A DNA stretch of 64,000 nucleotides. It comes from Sphingomonadales bacterium (GTDB lineage: Bacteria > Pseudomonadota > Alphaproteobacteria > Sphingomonadales > Sphingomonadaceae). Where the stretch lies: contig JAYUAU010000098.1 of NCBI GenBank assembly GCA_043741135.1, forward strand, positions 17,368 to 81,367, written 5' to 3'. Made by a program: the position numbers and the translations under genes. The notes beneath the pieces are model-generated. The model worked only from the letters and a program-made list of their open reading frames with translations. It did no database searches and was not told the origin of the DNA. Of this stretch, positions 9,368-19,124 are shown one piece after another; the stretch's first letter is position 1; every line of letters begins with the position of its first letter.

Positions 9368-11089
9368 TTACTTCTTACTATCGCGTGCCTTGAGCGCTTC
9401 GCCAAGGATATCGCCAAGCGATGCGCCTGAATCAGACGAACCATATTGCGCAACAGCTTGCTTTTCTTCGGCAAGCTGCATCGCTTTGACTGAGAAGTTT
9501 GGCTTCTTCGAGCGATCAAACCCGATGATCATCGCATCAAACTTCTGGCCAACTTGGAAACGCTCTGGGCGTTGTTCATCGCGGTCACGGCCAAGGTCAG
9601 TGCGCTTGATGAAGCCCGTTGCGCCGTCGTCACCCGCTTGCACTTCAAGCCCGCCGTCGCGCACTTCAAGAACCGTCACAGTGACGATTGAATTCTTGGC
9701 AAGGCCGGGAGTTGATGATGCCGTGCCACTAGCGGCCACTGCGGGTGCGCCCTTTTCAAGCTGCTTGATACCAAGCGAGATACGCTCTTTTTCAACATCA
9801 ATGTCGAGAACGATCGCGGTGATCGTTTCGCCCTTGCGGTGGAGGTTGAGCGCGTCTTCGCCCGAAATGCCCCACGCGATATCTGACATGTGAACCATGC
9901 CGTCGACATCGCCTTCAAGCCCGATGAACAGGCCAAATTCAGTGGCGTTTTTGACTTCGCCGTCAATCTGGCTGCCGACGGGATGTTCGGCGGCAAAGGC
10001 TTCCCAAGGATTATTGACAGCTTGTTTGAGGCCAAGCGAAATGCGGCGCTTTTCAGTATCGACTTCGAGAACGATGACATCAACTTCTTGGCTCGTCGAA
10101 ACGATTTTGCCGGGATGAACATTCTTCTTCGTCCAGCTCATTTCTGAGACGTGGACAAGGCCTTCGATGCCGGCTTCGAGTTCAACGAAAGCACCATATT
10201 CGGTGATGTTGGTCACGCGGCCCGAAAGCTTGGTGCCAACAGGATAACGCTCAACCGCGATTTCCCACGGATCAATCTCAAGCTGCTTCATACCAAGCGA
10301 GATACGCTGCGTATCTTTGTTGATCCGGATGATTTGCACCCGCACCGAATCGCCGATGTTGATGAGTTCGGATGGGTGCTGAACGCGCTTGTAACTGATG
10401 TCGGTAACGTGGAGCAGGCCGTCAATCCCGCCGAGATCAACGAACGCACCGTAATCAGTGATATTCTTGACGATGCCTTCAATGATCTGGCCTTCAGCAA
10501 GCGTTGAGATCAGGCCTGTGCGCGCTTCGGCACGCGATTCTTCCAAAATGGCGCGGCGTGAGACAACGATATTGCCCCGCTTGCGGTCCATCTTGAGGAT
10601 TTGGAAGGGTTGAACGATATCCATCAGCGGGGTGACATCGCGCACAGGGCGGATGTCGACTTGGCTGCCCGGAAGGAAGGCGACAGCGCCATTGAGATCG
10701 ACGGTAAAGCCGCCCTTAACGCGACCAAAGATCACGCCGTCAACGCGGGTGGATTTTTCAAATTCAGCTTCAAGCGTATCCCAAGCGGCTTCGCGGCGCG
10801 CGCGGTCACGGCTGAGCATCGCTTCGCCGTTGACGTTCTCAACACGGTCTACATAAACTTCGACTTCATCGCCAACCGCGAGTTCAGCCTTTTGGCCGGG
10901 CATCGCGAATTCGCAAAGCGGCACGCGGCCTTCGGATTTGAGGCCGACGTCGATAACTGCCATATCATTTTCGATGGCAGTGATCGTGCCTTTGACGACG
11001 CGGCCTTCAAAGCCTTGATCTTCGCCGCCGAGTGATTCGTTGAGCATCGCTGCGAAATCATCGCGCGTTGGGTTTGCCGTTGAGGCCAT
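9368..11089 (-). CDS. rpsA: 30S ribosomal protein S1
   Basis: 573 aa with six S1 repeats (e.g. GIVKNITDYGAFVDLGGIDGLLHVTDIS, GRVTNITEYGAFVELEAGIEGLVHVSEMS). Confidence 0.95.
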   Translation of the reverse strand: MASTANPTRDDFAAMLNESLGGEDQGFEGRVVKGTITAIENDMAVIDVGLKSEGRVPLCEFAMPGQKAELAVGDEVEVYVDRVENVNGEAMLSRDRARREAAWDTLEAEFEKSTRVDGVIFGRVKGGFTVDLNGAVAFLPGSQVDIRPVRDVTPLMDIVQPFQILKMDRKRGNIVVSRRAILEESRAEARTGLISTLAEGQIIEGIVKNITDYGAFVDLGGIDGLLHVTDISYKRVQHPSELINIGDSVRVQIIRINKDTQRISLGMKQLEIDPWEIAVERYPVGTKLSGRVTNITEYGAFVELEAGIEGLVHVSEMSWTKKNVHPGKIVSTSQEVDVIVLEVDTEKRRISLGLKQAVNNPWEAFAAEHPVGSQIDGEVKNATEFGLFIGLEGDVDGMVHMSDIAWGISGEDALNLHRKGETITAIVLDIDVEKERISLGIKQLEKGAPAVAASGTASSTPGLAKNSIVTVTVLEVRDGGLEVQAGDDGATGFIKRTDLGRDRDEQRPERFQVGQKFDAMIIGFDRSKKPNFSVKAMQLAEEKQAVAQYGSSDSGASLGDILGEALKARDSKK

Positions 11090-11242
11090 GGGTTAGAGTT
11101 CCTAATTAACGTTTTTCCGGCCGTTCGGTTGGTTCCGAAGGTCTTGTGGCCGAACCGCCGCACAGACACCATATCTGGACGGCATCGCACGAACAGTCGC
11201 AAACGTGGGGGCGGCAAACAGTGATTGGAGAGCAAATGATGC

Positions 11243-11854
11243 TCAGCGCTGCAATTGGCCTTCCACGAGCGCAATAGCCCGCTTGACGGCGGCGGCTATA
11301 CTCAGGTCGCTCGTATCAAGCAAGTCTGCGTCATCAGCACGAACCAGTGGCGCGGTAGAGCGGGCTGAATCGCGGTCGTCACGCGCGGTGATATCAGCAA
11401 GGATTGTATCGTAGCTTTTGCTCGGATCATCACTCGCCCTTCGCGCTGCGCGAATTTCAGCGCTCGCGGTAACAAACAATTTGGCATTGGCATCAGGGGC
11501 AATCACAGTGCCAATATCGCGTCCATCAAGTACCGCGCCGCCGGGCTGATTGGCAAATTCACGTTGACGCACCAAAAGTGCTGCACGCACCGCAGGGTGG
11601 ATCGACACGCGTGAGGCAATCCCTCCAGCGGCTTCGTTGCGCAATTCGGGATCGCTCAGTAACTCACCTGCAAATCCGCAAGCCGCATGCGCATCATCTT
11701 CGCTATCAGGATCACCGCCCGCCCGCCCGCATGCCACACCCACCGCGCGGTAAAGCAGCCCCGTATCAAGATAAGCGAGGCCGTAATGCGCCGCCAACGC
11801 TCGCGCGATAGTGCCTTTGCCAGACGCTGCAGGGCCATCGACTGCGATGATCAT
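11243..11854 (-). CDS. cmk: (d)CMP kinase
   Basis: MIIAVDGPAASGKGTIARALA P-loop, LDTGLLYR, DGRDIGT. Classical cmk-rpsA-ihfB order. Confidence 0.9.
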   Translation of the reverse strand: MIIAVDGPAASGKGTIARALAAHYGLAYLDTGLLYRAVGVACGRAGGDPDSEDDAHAACGFAGELLSDPELRNEAAGGIASRVSIHPAVRAALLVRQREFANQPGGAVLDGRDIGTVIAPDANAKLFVTASAEIRAARRASDDPSKSYDTILADITARDDRDSARSTAPLVRADDADLLDTSDLSIAAAVKRAIALVEGQLQR

Positions 11855-11879
11855 TGTTTAGGCCGACGCACGGGAATTT

Positions 11880-12140
11880 TCAGAGCAGTTTGACCATTGC
11901 GGCAACGATTGCGGTTTGCCCGATCATCAATGGCACCAGCCAACGAATCAAATTGGTATGCAAATCACGTATTTCGAGCCGAAGCCTCGTTTCAGTATCG
12001 ACGAGGTCAATTTTGGTGACAAGCGTATCGCGGATCGCCTCAGCAAGCGCTTCTGCCTGCACCTCAGCTTGTTCCTCGGTAAAGCCCGCAGCCTTCAAAC
12101 GCTTCATATAGCGCAATGTGTCAATCGCTAACGTCGTCAT
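11880..12140 (-). CDS. DUF1640 domain protein (coiled coil plus C-terminal TM)
   Basis: 86 aa. LKAAGFTEEQAEVQAEALAEAIRDTLVTKIDL...IRWLVPLMIGQTAIVAAMVKLL matches the DUF1640 pattern. Confidence 0.7.
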   Translation of the reverse strand: MTTLAIDTLRYMKRLKAAGFTEEQAEVQAEALAEAIRDTLVTKIDLVDTETRLRLEIRDLHTNLIRWLVPLMIGQTAIVAAMVKLL

Positions 12141-12194
12141 GATGAAGAATATAGTGATATCATGGCTTCGTTACCACTTCTTTCTCCTGACGGA

Positions 12195-13841
12195 TTATTT
12201 AGCCGCTTTGGCGCGCCGCGCTTTGCGCAGCTCGACTTCTTCGGGCGGCGGGATAACTTGGCGTAGCTCGGCGATCACATCGTCTGCGGGGATGTATTTC
12301 GAGGCCGGAATGCCTTCGTCACCCGCATTGCCAAAGCGCACAAATCCGGTCGACGGGCGCTGCGTATCAAGGAAATAGGAGAAACCCGTTTTCCCGCGCG
12401 CTTTTGCTTGAAGCGCTGCGTGGAGCAGCAAGGCATCGGGTTGCGTAAGCCCGTCGCCATCATAAATATTGAGGTAAAATGCATTGAGCACAGTGTTCGG
12501 CGTTTTGCTGATCAACGCATTGCCCGCGGTTTTCCACACTCTTTTTGATAGCCGCTCATAGGCCTCGACCGATGCATAAGGCAGGATCATTGAGAACAGG
12601 CTGCGGTTATTCTTATCCAACTGGAGCAAGGTGGCGAGGCGTTGATCGCGGCGCTCAGCAAACATCGCATCAGGCGTTTTTTCAAGCGCACCGAACAATT
12701 CCTCGGGAGCCGCGCCGACCCTCAATCGGCGATTCACTTCCTGAACTTGCCCAAAAGCGGGAGCCAGCCATTTTGACCGTGCGGCAAAATTACGCCGTGC
12801 ATCCTTCACTTTGCCGTCGCGCGTGAGTGCAATGATGTCATAAAAATCAAGCAGTTCAACGATTGAAGAGGCGTTTTCCTCAGCTTTTCCATCCGCACTC
12901 CGCGTCTCAAGGTTCGTCCGCCCGCGTTTGGCAAGTTCAGTGGCTCGTGGCCAATTTCCCGCCAGAGCGTGCGCAATCGAACCCGCTACGTCTGGAAAGG
13001 ATGATTGAACATCTTGTTTGATCGCTTTGTTCCAATCAATCGCATCATCAATCGCTGCTGCTGATTCAGTGAAGCGCCCCACTTCGGAAAGGCGGAACGC
13101 GCGGAGCCATTGATAATTGGATGATAAGCGCGCGAGCACCGTCAGCCGCGTTAACTCGCCTTCGGATAGCTTTGGCAAATGTTCGGCAAAATCGCGCGAC
13201 GCCACGATGGGGTAATAGCTGTATGAGAGGCCCTTCATCGATTGGAATGCGGTCGCTTGCGCAAGCTCTGGCTTCCCCATGCGAAGAAGCGTTTCGGCTT
13301 CGATCAAATTGAACGACACCCCCATTGATCGCTGGAAATAGGGATCACTGGCGAGGTTAAATTTCGCGGCTTCCTCGCGCGCTTTTGCAACGTCAGCAAG
13401 CGAGCCTGCATAATCCTTAGCCTCAATGCGGTGAAGCGCGCGCGCAAGGATCAGGGGAAGCCGCCGCACCACAGTGCCCTCGGCCTTTTCACCTTCGATC
13501 AAGCCACTGCACGCTTTCACGCCGTCTTCGCCAAATTTACGCTTGCTTGCGTCAGGTGTTTCAGCCGCTGGCGCGAACAGCGCGAGCAACGTGACCGCAC
13601 CAACGAAGCGCGCCAGCCCTTCGCCAGCCGACATATTATTGGGATTGCCATCGCATTGCAGATAGAGCGAACCCGCAAGCTTTGGGTCAATCGGCGTTGC
13701 GGTTGTCACCGGAACAGGCGGCGCGGGCGGCGGCACGGAAACGGGGGTTTGCGCTGTGGCAATATCTGCCAGTGCCAATCCGATCATCGCCGCCACGGCC
13801 ACTTCCGATACAGCGCGGCTGACTTTCGCTTTCAAGACCAT
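12195..13841 (-). CDS. large secreted hypothetical protein
   Basis: Long ORF with coding-like composition. Start set at Met31 (MVLKAKVSRAVSEVAVAAMIGLALADIATAQ is a signal peptide). The longer ORF-track start would run into an intergenic repeat. No recognisable catalytic motif. Confidence 0.6.
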   Translation of the reverse strand: MVLKAKVSRAVSEVAVAAMIGLALADIATAQTPVSVPPPAPPVPVTTATPIDPKLAGSLYLQCDGNPNNMSAGEGLARFVGAVTLLALFAPAAETPDASKRKFGEDGVKACSGLIEGEKAEGTVVRRLPLILARALHRIEAKDYAGSLADVAKAREEAAKFNLASDPYFQRSMGVSFNLIEAETLLRMGKPELAQATAFQSMKGLSYSYYPIVASRDFAEHLPKLSEGELTRLTVLARLSSNYQWLRAFRLSEVGRFTESAAAIDDAIDWNKAIKQDVQSSFPDVAGSIAHALAGNWPRATELAKRGRTNLETRSADGKAEENASSIVELLDFYDIIALTRDGKVKDARRNFAARSKWLAPAFGQVQEVNRRLRVGAAPEELFGALEKTPDAMFAERRDQRLATLLQLDKNNRSLFSMILPYASVEAYERLSKRVWKTAGNALISKTPNTVLNAFYLNIYDGDGLTQPDALLLHAALQAKARGKTGFSYFLDTQRPSTGFVRFGNAGDEGIPASKYIPADDVIAELRQVIPPPEEVELRKARRAKAAK

Positions 13842-13900
13842 ATACCCCCCATCATTATCTGAATTCCCCCGATTTAGAGCGGTATGAAACTTCTCTCCAT

Positions 13901-13981
13901 CGTCTTTGCGAGGAGCGAAGCGACGCAGCAATCCACTCGCGGCAACACCCTATGGATTGCCGCGCTTCGCTCGCAAAGACG
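13901..13981. repeat. 81-bp nested-palindrome intergenic repeat, copy A
   Basis: CGTCTTTGCGAGGAGCGAAGCGACGCAGCAATCCA...TGGATTGCCGCGCTTCGCTCGCAAAGACG. Reverse-complement orientation relative to copies B and D. Confidence 0.85.
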
Positions 13982-14044
13982 AAATGGTTCGATCTAAGCA
14001 TCATCGTTTCCAATAATTGAGAGCGATCAAGAATCAACTGTCCA

Positions 14045-14287
14045 TCAGCTTTTTTCGCGCCAGCCTGTGTACAGGCCGAAAAGGGCTATCCCCATCCACG
14101 CGATTTCAAGCAAAAGCGCGGGCAAATTGTAATTGATCGAAAGCGACACCGCGAGAAACGCGGCACCTATGAGGTTTAATATGTTGAACAATGCGTCAGT
14201 CGGTCGCTTGAGCACATTGACGTAAGCAAAAGCCATCAGAATGATCAGCGACCCCAGAAATCCCGCGATATCGCCGTAAACGCTCAT
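14045..14287 (-). CDS. small integral membrane protein (about 3 TM), unknown function
   Basis: 80 aa and strongly hydrophobic (GFLGSLIILMAFAYV, LIGAAFLAVSLSI, IAWMGIALFGLY). 4-nt overlap with the aroA stop suggests co-translation. Confidence 0.55.
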   Translation of the reverse strand: MSVYGDIAGFLGSLIILMAFAYVNVLKRPTDALFNILNLIGAAFLAVSLSINYNLPALLLEIAWMGIALFGLYTGWREKS

Positions 14288-15600
14288 GCCCCCAATCCTT
14301 TCAACAACGCTTCAAATCCCGGAAAGCTCGTCGCGACGGGGGCCATATCATCAATCGTCACCGCCTTAGTTGATACCAGCCCTGCCACGGCAAAGCTCAT
14401 CGCGATGCGGTGATCAAGGTGCGCTTCGACAGTCGCGCCGCCGGGCAAGGGATCGCCGCCCCGGCCATTGATGATCAAGCCGTCCTCAATCTCTTCGACG
14501 TCAACGCCAATCGCGCGCAAGCCAGCGGCCATTACCGCGATCCGGTCGGACTCCTTGACTCGCAATTCCTCCAAGCCCCGAAACACGCTGCGTCCCTTGG
14601 CCATCGCGGCGGCCACAAAGAGGATGGGGAATTCATCAACCATGCTTGGCACAATCGACGGGTCGGTCTCAATCCCGCTCAGCGCCGAAGCCGTGACGAT
14701 CAAATCAGCAACGGGTTCACCGCCGACGATGCGCCGCTGTCCGTAACTGATATCCGCACCCATTGCGGTGAGCACTTTGAATATTCCGCTGCGGGTGTCA
14801 TTCATCCCCACATTGCCAATGACAATTGAGGAGCCCGGCACGATCAACGCCGCAATGGCGAGAAACGCCGCTGACGAGGGATCTCCGGGGACGGTGATCA
14901 TCTGCGGGGTAAGCTCGCCCTCACCGCGGATCGAAATCGTCCGCACGCCCCCGTTGTCGGTCTCAACGCTGAGATCAGCGCCAAACCCTTTAAGCATCCG
15001 CTCACTATGATCGCGCGTTGGCACGGGTTCGATCACGCGCGTGATCCCCGGCGTGTTGAGGCCAGCAAACAAAATCGCGCTTTTTACCTGAGCCGAGGCA
15101 ACGGGAAGCCGATATTCAATCGGCACTGCAGGGCACATCCCGCGCACCATCAGCGGCAATCGTCCGCCCGGCGACGCGGTGATATCAGCCCCCATCAGCC
15201 CAAGCGGTTCGCTCACCCGCCCCATCGGTCGTTTGCTCAGTGATGCGTCACCAATGAACGTCGCGGTAATCGGATGGCTCGCCACCAATCCCATCAGCAG
15301 CCGTGTTGACGTGCCCGAATTGCCCATATCAAGCGCGGTGGCGGGTTGGAGCAATCCACCGACGCCAACGCCCCACACATGCCATTTGCCGTCCTGGTCA
15401 ACCTCAATCTGTGCGCCCATCGCGCGCATTGCGGCCGCCGTTGCCAACACATCCTCGCCCGTCAGCAAGCCGTCAATCACGCTTTCACCCACCGCCAGCG
15501 CGCTCAGCATCAGCGCGCGGTGCGATATGCTTTTATCGCCGGGAACGGTGACTGTGCCGCGTAAGGGGCCAGATTGGGTGAATGAGGCGGGCGTTGTCAT
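14284..15600 (-). CDS. aroA: 3-phosphoshikimate 1-carboxyvinyltransferase (EPSP synthase)
   Basis: VPGDKSISHRALMLSALA, MGNSGTSTRLLMG, LSKRPMGR, VKESDRI. Start taken at the internal Met (MTTPASF, 15600). Confidence 0.9.
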   Translation of the reverse strand: MTTPASFTQSGPLRGTVTVPGDKSISHRALMLSALAVGESVIDGLLTGEDVLATAAAMRAMGAQIEVDQDGKWHVWGVGVGGLLQPATALDMGNSGTSTRLLMGLVASHPITATFIGDASLSKRPMGRVSEPLGLMGADITASPGGRLPLMVRGMCPAVPIEYRLPVASAQVKSAILFAGLNTPGITRVIEPVPTRDHSERMLKGFGADLSVETDNGGVRTISIRGEGELTPQMITVPGDPSSAAFLAIAALIVPGSSIVIGNVGMNDTRSGIFKVLTAMGADISYGQRRIVGGEPVADLIVTASALSGIETDPSIVPSMVDEFPILFVAAAMAKGRSVFRGLEELRVKESDRIAVMAAGLRAIGVDVEEIEDGLIINGRGGDPLPGGATVEAHLDHRIAMSFAVAGLVSTKAVTIDDMAPVATSFPGFEALLKGLGA

Positions 15601-15700
15601 GCCCGCGGCTTTTGACAGCGCGCTTCGCCTATGGCAAGGCGCGCTGCGATTGCCGGAACGTGTTTCCGGCGTTATTGATTCTTGGAAAGGTAAAAGGCTC

Positions 15701-16018
15701 ATGGCGAAGCCTGAATGGGGCACAAAACGGTCGTGCCCGAAATGTGGAGTGCGGTTTTACGATTTGGGTAAGGAAGATCCGGTTGCGTGTATATCGTGCG
15801 GCAACCTGTGGAATCCTGAACCGATTCTGAAATCGAAACAAGCCGCCCCTTACGAAGACATCAAAAAGGCGGATGCCAAACCCGATTCTGATTTGGGTGA
15901 TGATCTCGAAGAGTTGGAAGTTGACGAGGATGCCGAAATCTCACCTGATGATGAGGTTGATATCGGCACTGACGATGATTTAGGCGTTGATACGGGCGAA
16001 ACCCAAATCGATACCTGA
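15701..16018 (+). CDS. TIGR02300 (FYDLN_acid) family zinc-ribbon protein with acidic tail
   Basis: MAKPEWGTKRSCPKCGVRFYDLGKEDPVACISCGNLW followed by a D/E-rich tail. The upstream part of the ORF-track entry (15179-15700) is antisense to aroA and was discarded. Confidence 0.8.
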   Translation: MAKPEWGTKRSCPKCGVRFYDLGKEDPVACISCGNLWNPEPILKSKQAAPYEDIKKADAKPDSDLGDDLEELEVDEDAEISPDDEVDIGTDDDLGVDTGETQIDT

Positions 16019-16070
16019 TTGACTTGATTTAGGCGCGGCGCGGGATTATGCGCGTCGCTCCTCATTTTGT

Positions 16071-16146
16071 GGGGCCTTAGCTCAGTTGGTAGAGCGCTTC
16101 GCTGGCAGTGAAGAGGTCAGCGGTTCGAACCCGCTAGGCTCCACCA
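16071..16146 (+). tRNA. tRNA-Ala (anticodon GGC), CCA encoded
   Basis: Hand-folded. Acceptor GGGGCCT/AGGCTCC with the G3:U70 Ala identity pair, anticodon loop CTGGCAG, T-arm AGCGG-TTCGAAC-CCGCT. Confidence 0.9.
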
Positions 16147-16212
16147 GTTTGTTTTCCGCCGTGCCGGGGGCACAGTGGACAACAAACTCCCATAGGGGAA
16201 AATCAACACACG

Positions 16213-17409
16213 CTAAACGGCCAGCGCTTGATCCAAATCAGCCCAGATATCCTCAACATCTTCAAGGCCAATTGACAGCCGAAGCAGTCGCTCTGAGATG
16301 CCATGCTTGGCCCTTTCCTCTGGCGTATACGTTGAGTGCGTCATGCTCGCAGGATGCTGGATCAGCGTTTCAGCGTCGCCCAAGCTGACCGCGCGTTGAA
16401 CCAAGCCCAGCCGATCAAGCAATGCGGTTGGCGTGAGAACATCCTTCACGGTAAACGCAATCATCCCGCCAAAGCCGTTCGAAAACTGACGGCGCGCGAG
16501 ATCATGTTGGGGGAATTGGGCGAGGCCAGGATAGCTAACGTCGCCGATAGCGGGGTGCGCCGCAAGCCGCTCAGCAATAATCGCAGCGCTACTACAATGG
16601 CGCGCGATGCGCAGTGATAATGTCTTGAGACCGCGCAGCACCAAAAATGCGTCAAAGCCGCTGAGAACGGCGCCAGTTGAGTCTTTTAGCCCCTCCATCC
16701 TTATCCGGCTGATCAGATCGCGTGAACCAACAACGATCCCTGCCAAGAGATCACCGTGACCACCCAAATATTTTGACGCCGAATGCACCACGATATTCGC
16801 GCCGAGCAAAATCGGGCGCTGCAGCACGGGGGTTGCGTAAGTATTATCGACAATTGTGATCGCCCCAGCAGCCCGCGCGATCTTCGATATGGCGGCGATA
16901 TCGACGAGCCGCATGTTCGGGTTGGCAGGCGTCTCAAAATAGACCAGCCGCGTTTTTGGCCCGATTGCGGCGGCAACGGCATCGCTATCAGTCATATCAA
17001 CCGAACGGACGGTGATACCAAATTTGGTAAGCTGATGCTGCATGAACGCAAATGTGCAGCCGTAAAGCGTAAGGTCAGTGACAATTTCATCGCCAGCAGT
17101 AAGCAAAGTCCAGAACGTTGCCGCAATTGCGCCCATGCCCGACGATGTTGCGACCGCGTCCTCAGCGCCCTCCAAATTAGCCATGCGCGCCTCAAGCAGC
17201 GCAACCGTCGGGCTGCCAAGCCGAGCATAGACATTGCCGCTTGTTCGCCCTGCAAAGCGGTCTGCCCCCTCTTGCGCCGTCGGAAATACATAAGTTGATG
17301 ATATATGGATTGGCATTGATAGCGCATCGGCATGGTCGGCGGGATCATAACCATGATGGATCGCGCGCGTGGCAAAACCGACATTTGAGGAACGTTCGGC
17401 ATGGGTCAT
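16213..17409 (-). CDS. PLP-dependent Cys/Met-metabolism enzyme, methionine gamma-lyase-like
   Basis: ATRAIHHGYDP, YARLGSPT, VVHSASKYLGGHGDLLAG (PLP-lysine block), LAVSLGDAETLIQHPASMTHS. Start at the internal Met (MTHAERS). Divergent from an Lrp regulator. Confidence 0.8.
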   Translation of the reverse strand: MTHAERSSNVGFATRAIHHGYDPADHADALSMPIHISSTYVFPTAQEGADRFAGRTSGNVYARLGSPTVALLEARMANLEGAEDAVATSSGMGAIAATFWTLLTAGDEIVTDLTLYGCTFAFMQHQLTKFGITVRSVDMTDSDAVAAAIGPKTRLVYFETPANPNMRLVDIAAISKIARAAGAITIVDNTYATPVLQRPILLGANIVVHSASKYLGGHGDLLAGIVVGSRDLISRIRMEGLKDSTGAVLSGFDAFLVLRGLKTLSLRIARHCSSAAIIAERLAAHPAIGDVSYPGLAQFPQHDLARRQFSNGFGGMIAFTVKDVLTPTALLDRLGLVQRAVSLGDAETLIQHPASMTHSTYTPEERAKHGISERLLRLSIGLEDVEDIWADLDQALAV

Positions 17410-17531
17410 GGCTAGTCCTTTGATGCTGCGGTGAAAACGCGCGACAGCAATACCACGATACGCCTTGAAACATCCTTGCGAACATGACGTAAAAATATTG
17501 GCAAATTGGTGGATTCCGCTAATGCAAGGCA

Positions 17532-17984
17532 ATGGATAGCTTTGATCTAGCGATTTTACGAAATCTTCAGCAAGATGGCCGCATGTCAAACAGCGCGCTG
17601 GCTGACCGTGTTGGCTTGTCTGAATCGCCGTGCCTCAGGCGATTGCGCAAGCTTGAAAGCGATGGCAGCATCGCTGGCTACCGAACTGAGCTATCACGCT
17701 CTGCTTTGGGATTTGATGTGACAATGTTCGTTGGTGTGAGCGTCAACCGTCATCAAGAAGCCGAAACAACATCGTTTGAACATTGGGTGATCGATCAACC
17801 TGAAATTCTCAGTTGTCACCTTGTGTCTGGCGAATCGGATTATCTGCTTGAAATTGTTGTGCGCTCAATCGTTGAATTTGAAGCGTTCTTGCGTGATCGG
17901 TTGTGGCGGTTCCCCGTTGTGCGTGACATTCGCTCGCGCGTAAGCTTGAAACTGGTCAAACAAAACGCCCCGTTGCCGCTATAA
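17532..17984 (+). CDS. Lrp/AsnC family transcriptional regulator
   Basis: LDSFDLAILRNLQQDGRMSNSALADRVGLSESPCLRRLRKLE is an HTH_AsnC block, followed by a C-terminal RAM/AsnC_trans_reg domain. Confidence 0.85.
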   Translation: MDSFDLAILRNLQQDGRMSNSALADRVGLSESPCLRRLRKLESDGSIAGYRTELSRSALGFDVTMFVGVSVNRHQEAETTSFEHWVIDQPEILSCHLVSGESDYLLEIVVRSIVEFEAFLRDRLWRFPVVRDIRSRVSLKLVKQNAPLPL

Positions 17985-19124
17985 AAACAGCTCTGCAATT
18001 TCCTCCACCCGCGCGGCATCTGGAAAGCCTTCGCTGATCCATTGTTCCTCAATGGCTTTTAACGTGCGCGCAACATCTGGCCCGGCTGGCACGCCGCGCT
18101 TGATCAGTGCGCCGCCACTGATGGGAAGGATGGAGATGTGCCAGCCGGTGAGTTGGCTGAGCGCCTCGGTCTCCCCGAGTAGGATTAGCCGATCGCGGGC
18201 AGCCTCAATCCCATGACGGTAGGCCAGCGCGCGGGGATAAGCGGCGTCACTCGCGCTGCGCCCCGCTGCCAAAACGAGGCGCTTGTTGATCGCTTTTGAT
18301 AGTTTCAACCGTTTGGCAATCGTATCGGCAATATTGACGTCAGCAGGCAGCAGGCTTGCCAACCTTCGCACCGCGTCTGGTTCACTCAGCTTGGCAAGTG
18401 CGTTAGCAGACAACAATTCAGGAAGGACTGGCTTCCAAATCCCGTTCGCGATCATCAGCGCCACCGTTTGTGAAGGTTCGGGCAGCGCGAGCAGCTTAAG
18501 CAGTTCATCGGCGATCCGTTCGCGAGACAGCGCCATCAAATCATTCGCGCGCGCGGTGCACGCTGATAGGCTCGGCGCGTCTGGATCACCGCGCCCGTAG
18601 CGCGCTTGAAAACGAAAGAAGCGCAATATCCGTAAATGATCTTCGGCGATCCGGTCAAGCGGCGCACCGATGAAGGCAACACGCCCTGCCGTCAAATCTT
18701 GTATGCCGCCGAAATAATCAAACACTTCGCCACTCGTCAGATCAGCATAAAGCGCGTTGATCGTGAAATCACGCCGCGCGGCATCCTCTCGCCAATCGTC
18801 GGTGAACGCGACCGTCGCATGGCGGCCATCGGTGGCAACATCACGGCGCAGCGTTGTAATTTCAACATGGCCGCTGGGCAGCACCGCCGTTACCGTGCCG
18901 TGCGCTATGCCCGTTGGGATCGTTTTGATGCTAACTTTATCAAGCCGCGCGATTACATCGTTTGGGGAAAGCCGCGTGGCGAGATCGATATCGGATACGG
19001 GCCTGCCACTCAAAGTATCGCGCACAACCCCGCCGACCGCGCGCACATTATCATGTCCGAGCGTCTCGGTAATCAGCGCAAGTCCCGGCAATGTGCGCCA
19101 TGCGGCGTCAGGCAAAGTCACCAT
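17979..19124 (-). CDS. CCA-adding tRNA nucleotidyltransferase / poly(A) polymerase family protein
   Basis: VGGVVRDTLSGRPVSDIDLAT head-domain motif (GGxVRD...DxD), RRDFTINALY. Start taken at MVTLPD (19124), 2 nt past the upstream stop. Confidence 0.8.
   Translation of the reverse strand: MVTLPDAAWRTLPGLALITETLGHDNVRAVGGVVRDTLSGRPVSDIDLATRLSPNDVIARLDKVSIKTIPTGIAHGTVTAVLPSGHVEITTLRRDVATDGRHATVAFTDDWREDAARRDFTINALYADLTSGEVFDYFGGIQDLTAGRVAFIGAPLDRIAEDHLRILRFFRFQARYGRGDPDAPSLSACTARANDLMALSRERIADELLKLLALPEPSQTVALMIANGIWKPVLPELLSANALAKLSEPDAVRRLASLLPADVNIADTIAKRLKLSKAINKRLVLAAGRSASDAAYPRALAYRHGIEAARDRLILLGETEALSQLTGWHISILPISGGALIKRGVPAGPDVARTLKAIEEQWISEGFPDAARVEEIAELFL

Noticed and set aside
9324-11035. 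Long ORFs antisense to rpsA. Similar shadow ORFs lie opposite aroA, purA, pyk, the SBP genes and others.
   Set aside because: These are typical GC-rich shadow frames with Arg/Ser/Pro/Ala-biased composition. The opposite strand carries unmistakable conserved proteins.
13855-14037. Short ORFs encoding FASEARQSI / LRSSQRR-type peptides. They also occur at 22080-22277, 25811-26038, 25839-26144 and 41677-41946.
   Set aside because: They are translations of the 81-bp palindromic intergenic repeat. The same peptide appears in both orientations at every copy.
15179-15700. N-terminal 174 codons of the 279-aa ORF-track entry 15179-16018.
   Set aside because: They are antisense to the aroA coding sequence. 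The recognisable TIGR02300 zinc-ribbon protein begins at ATG 15701.
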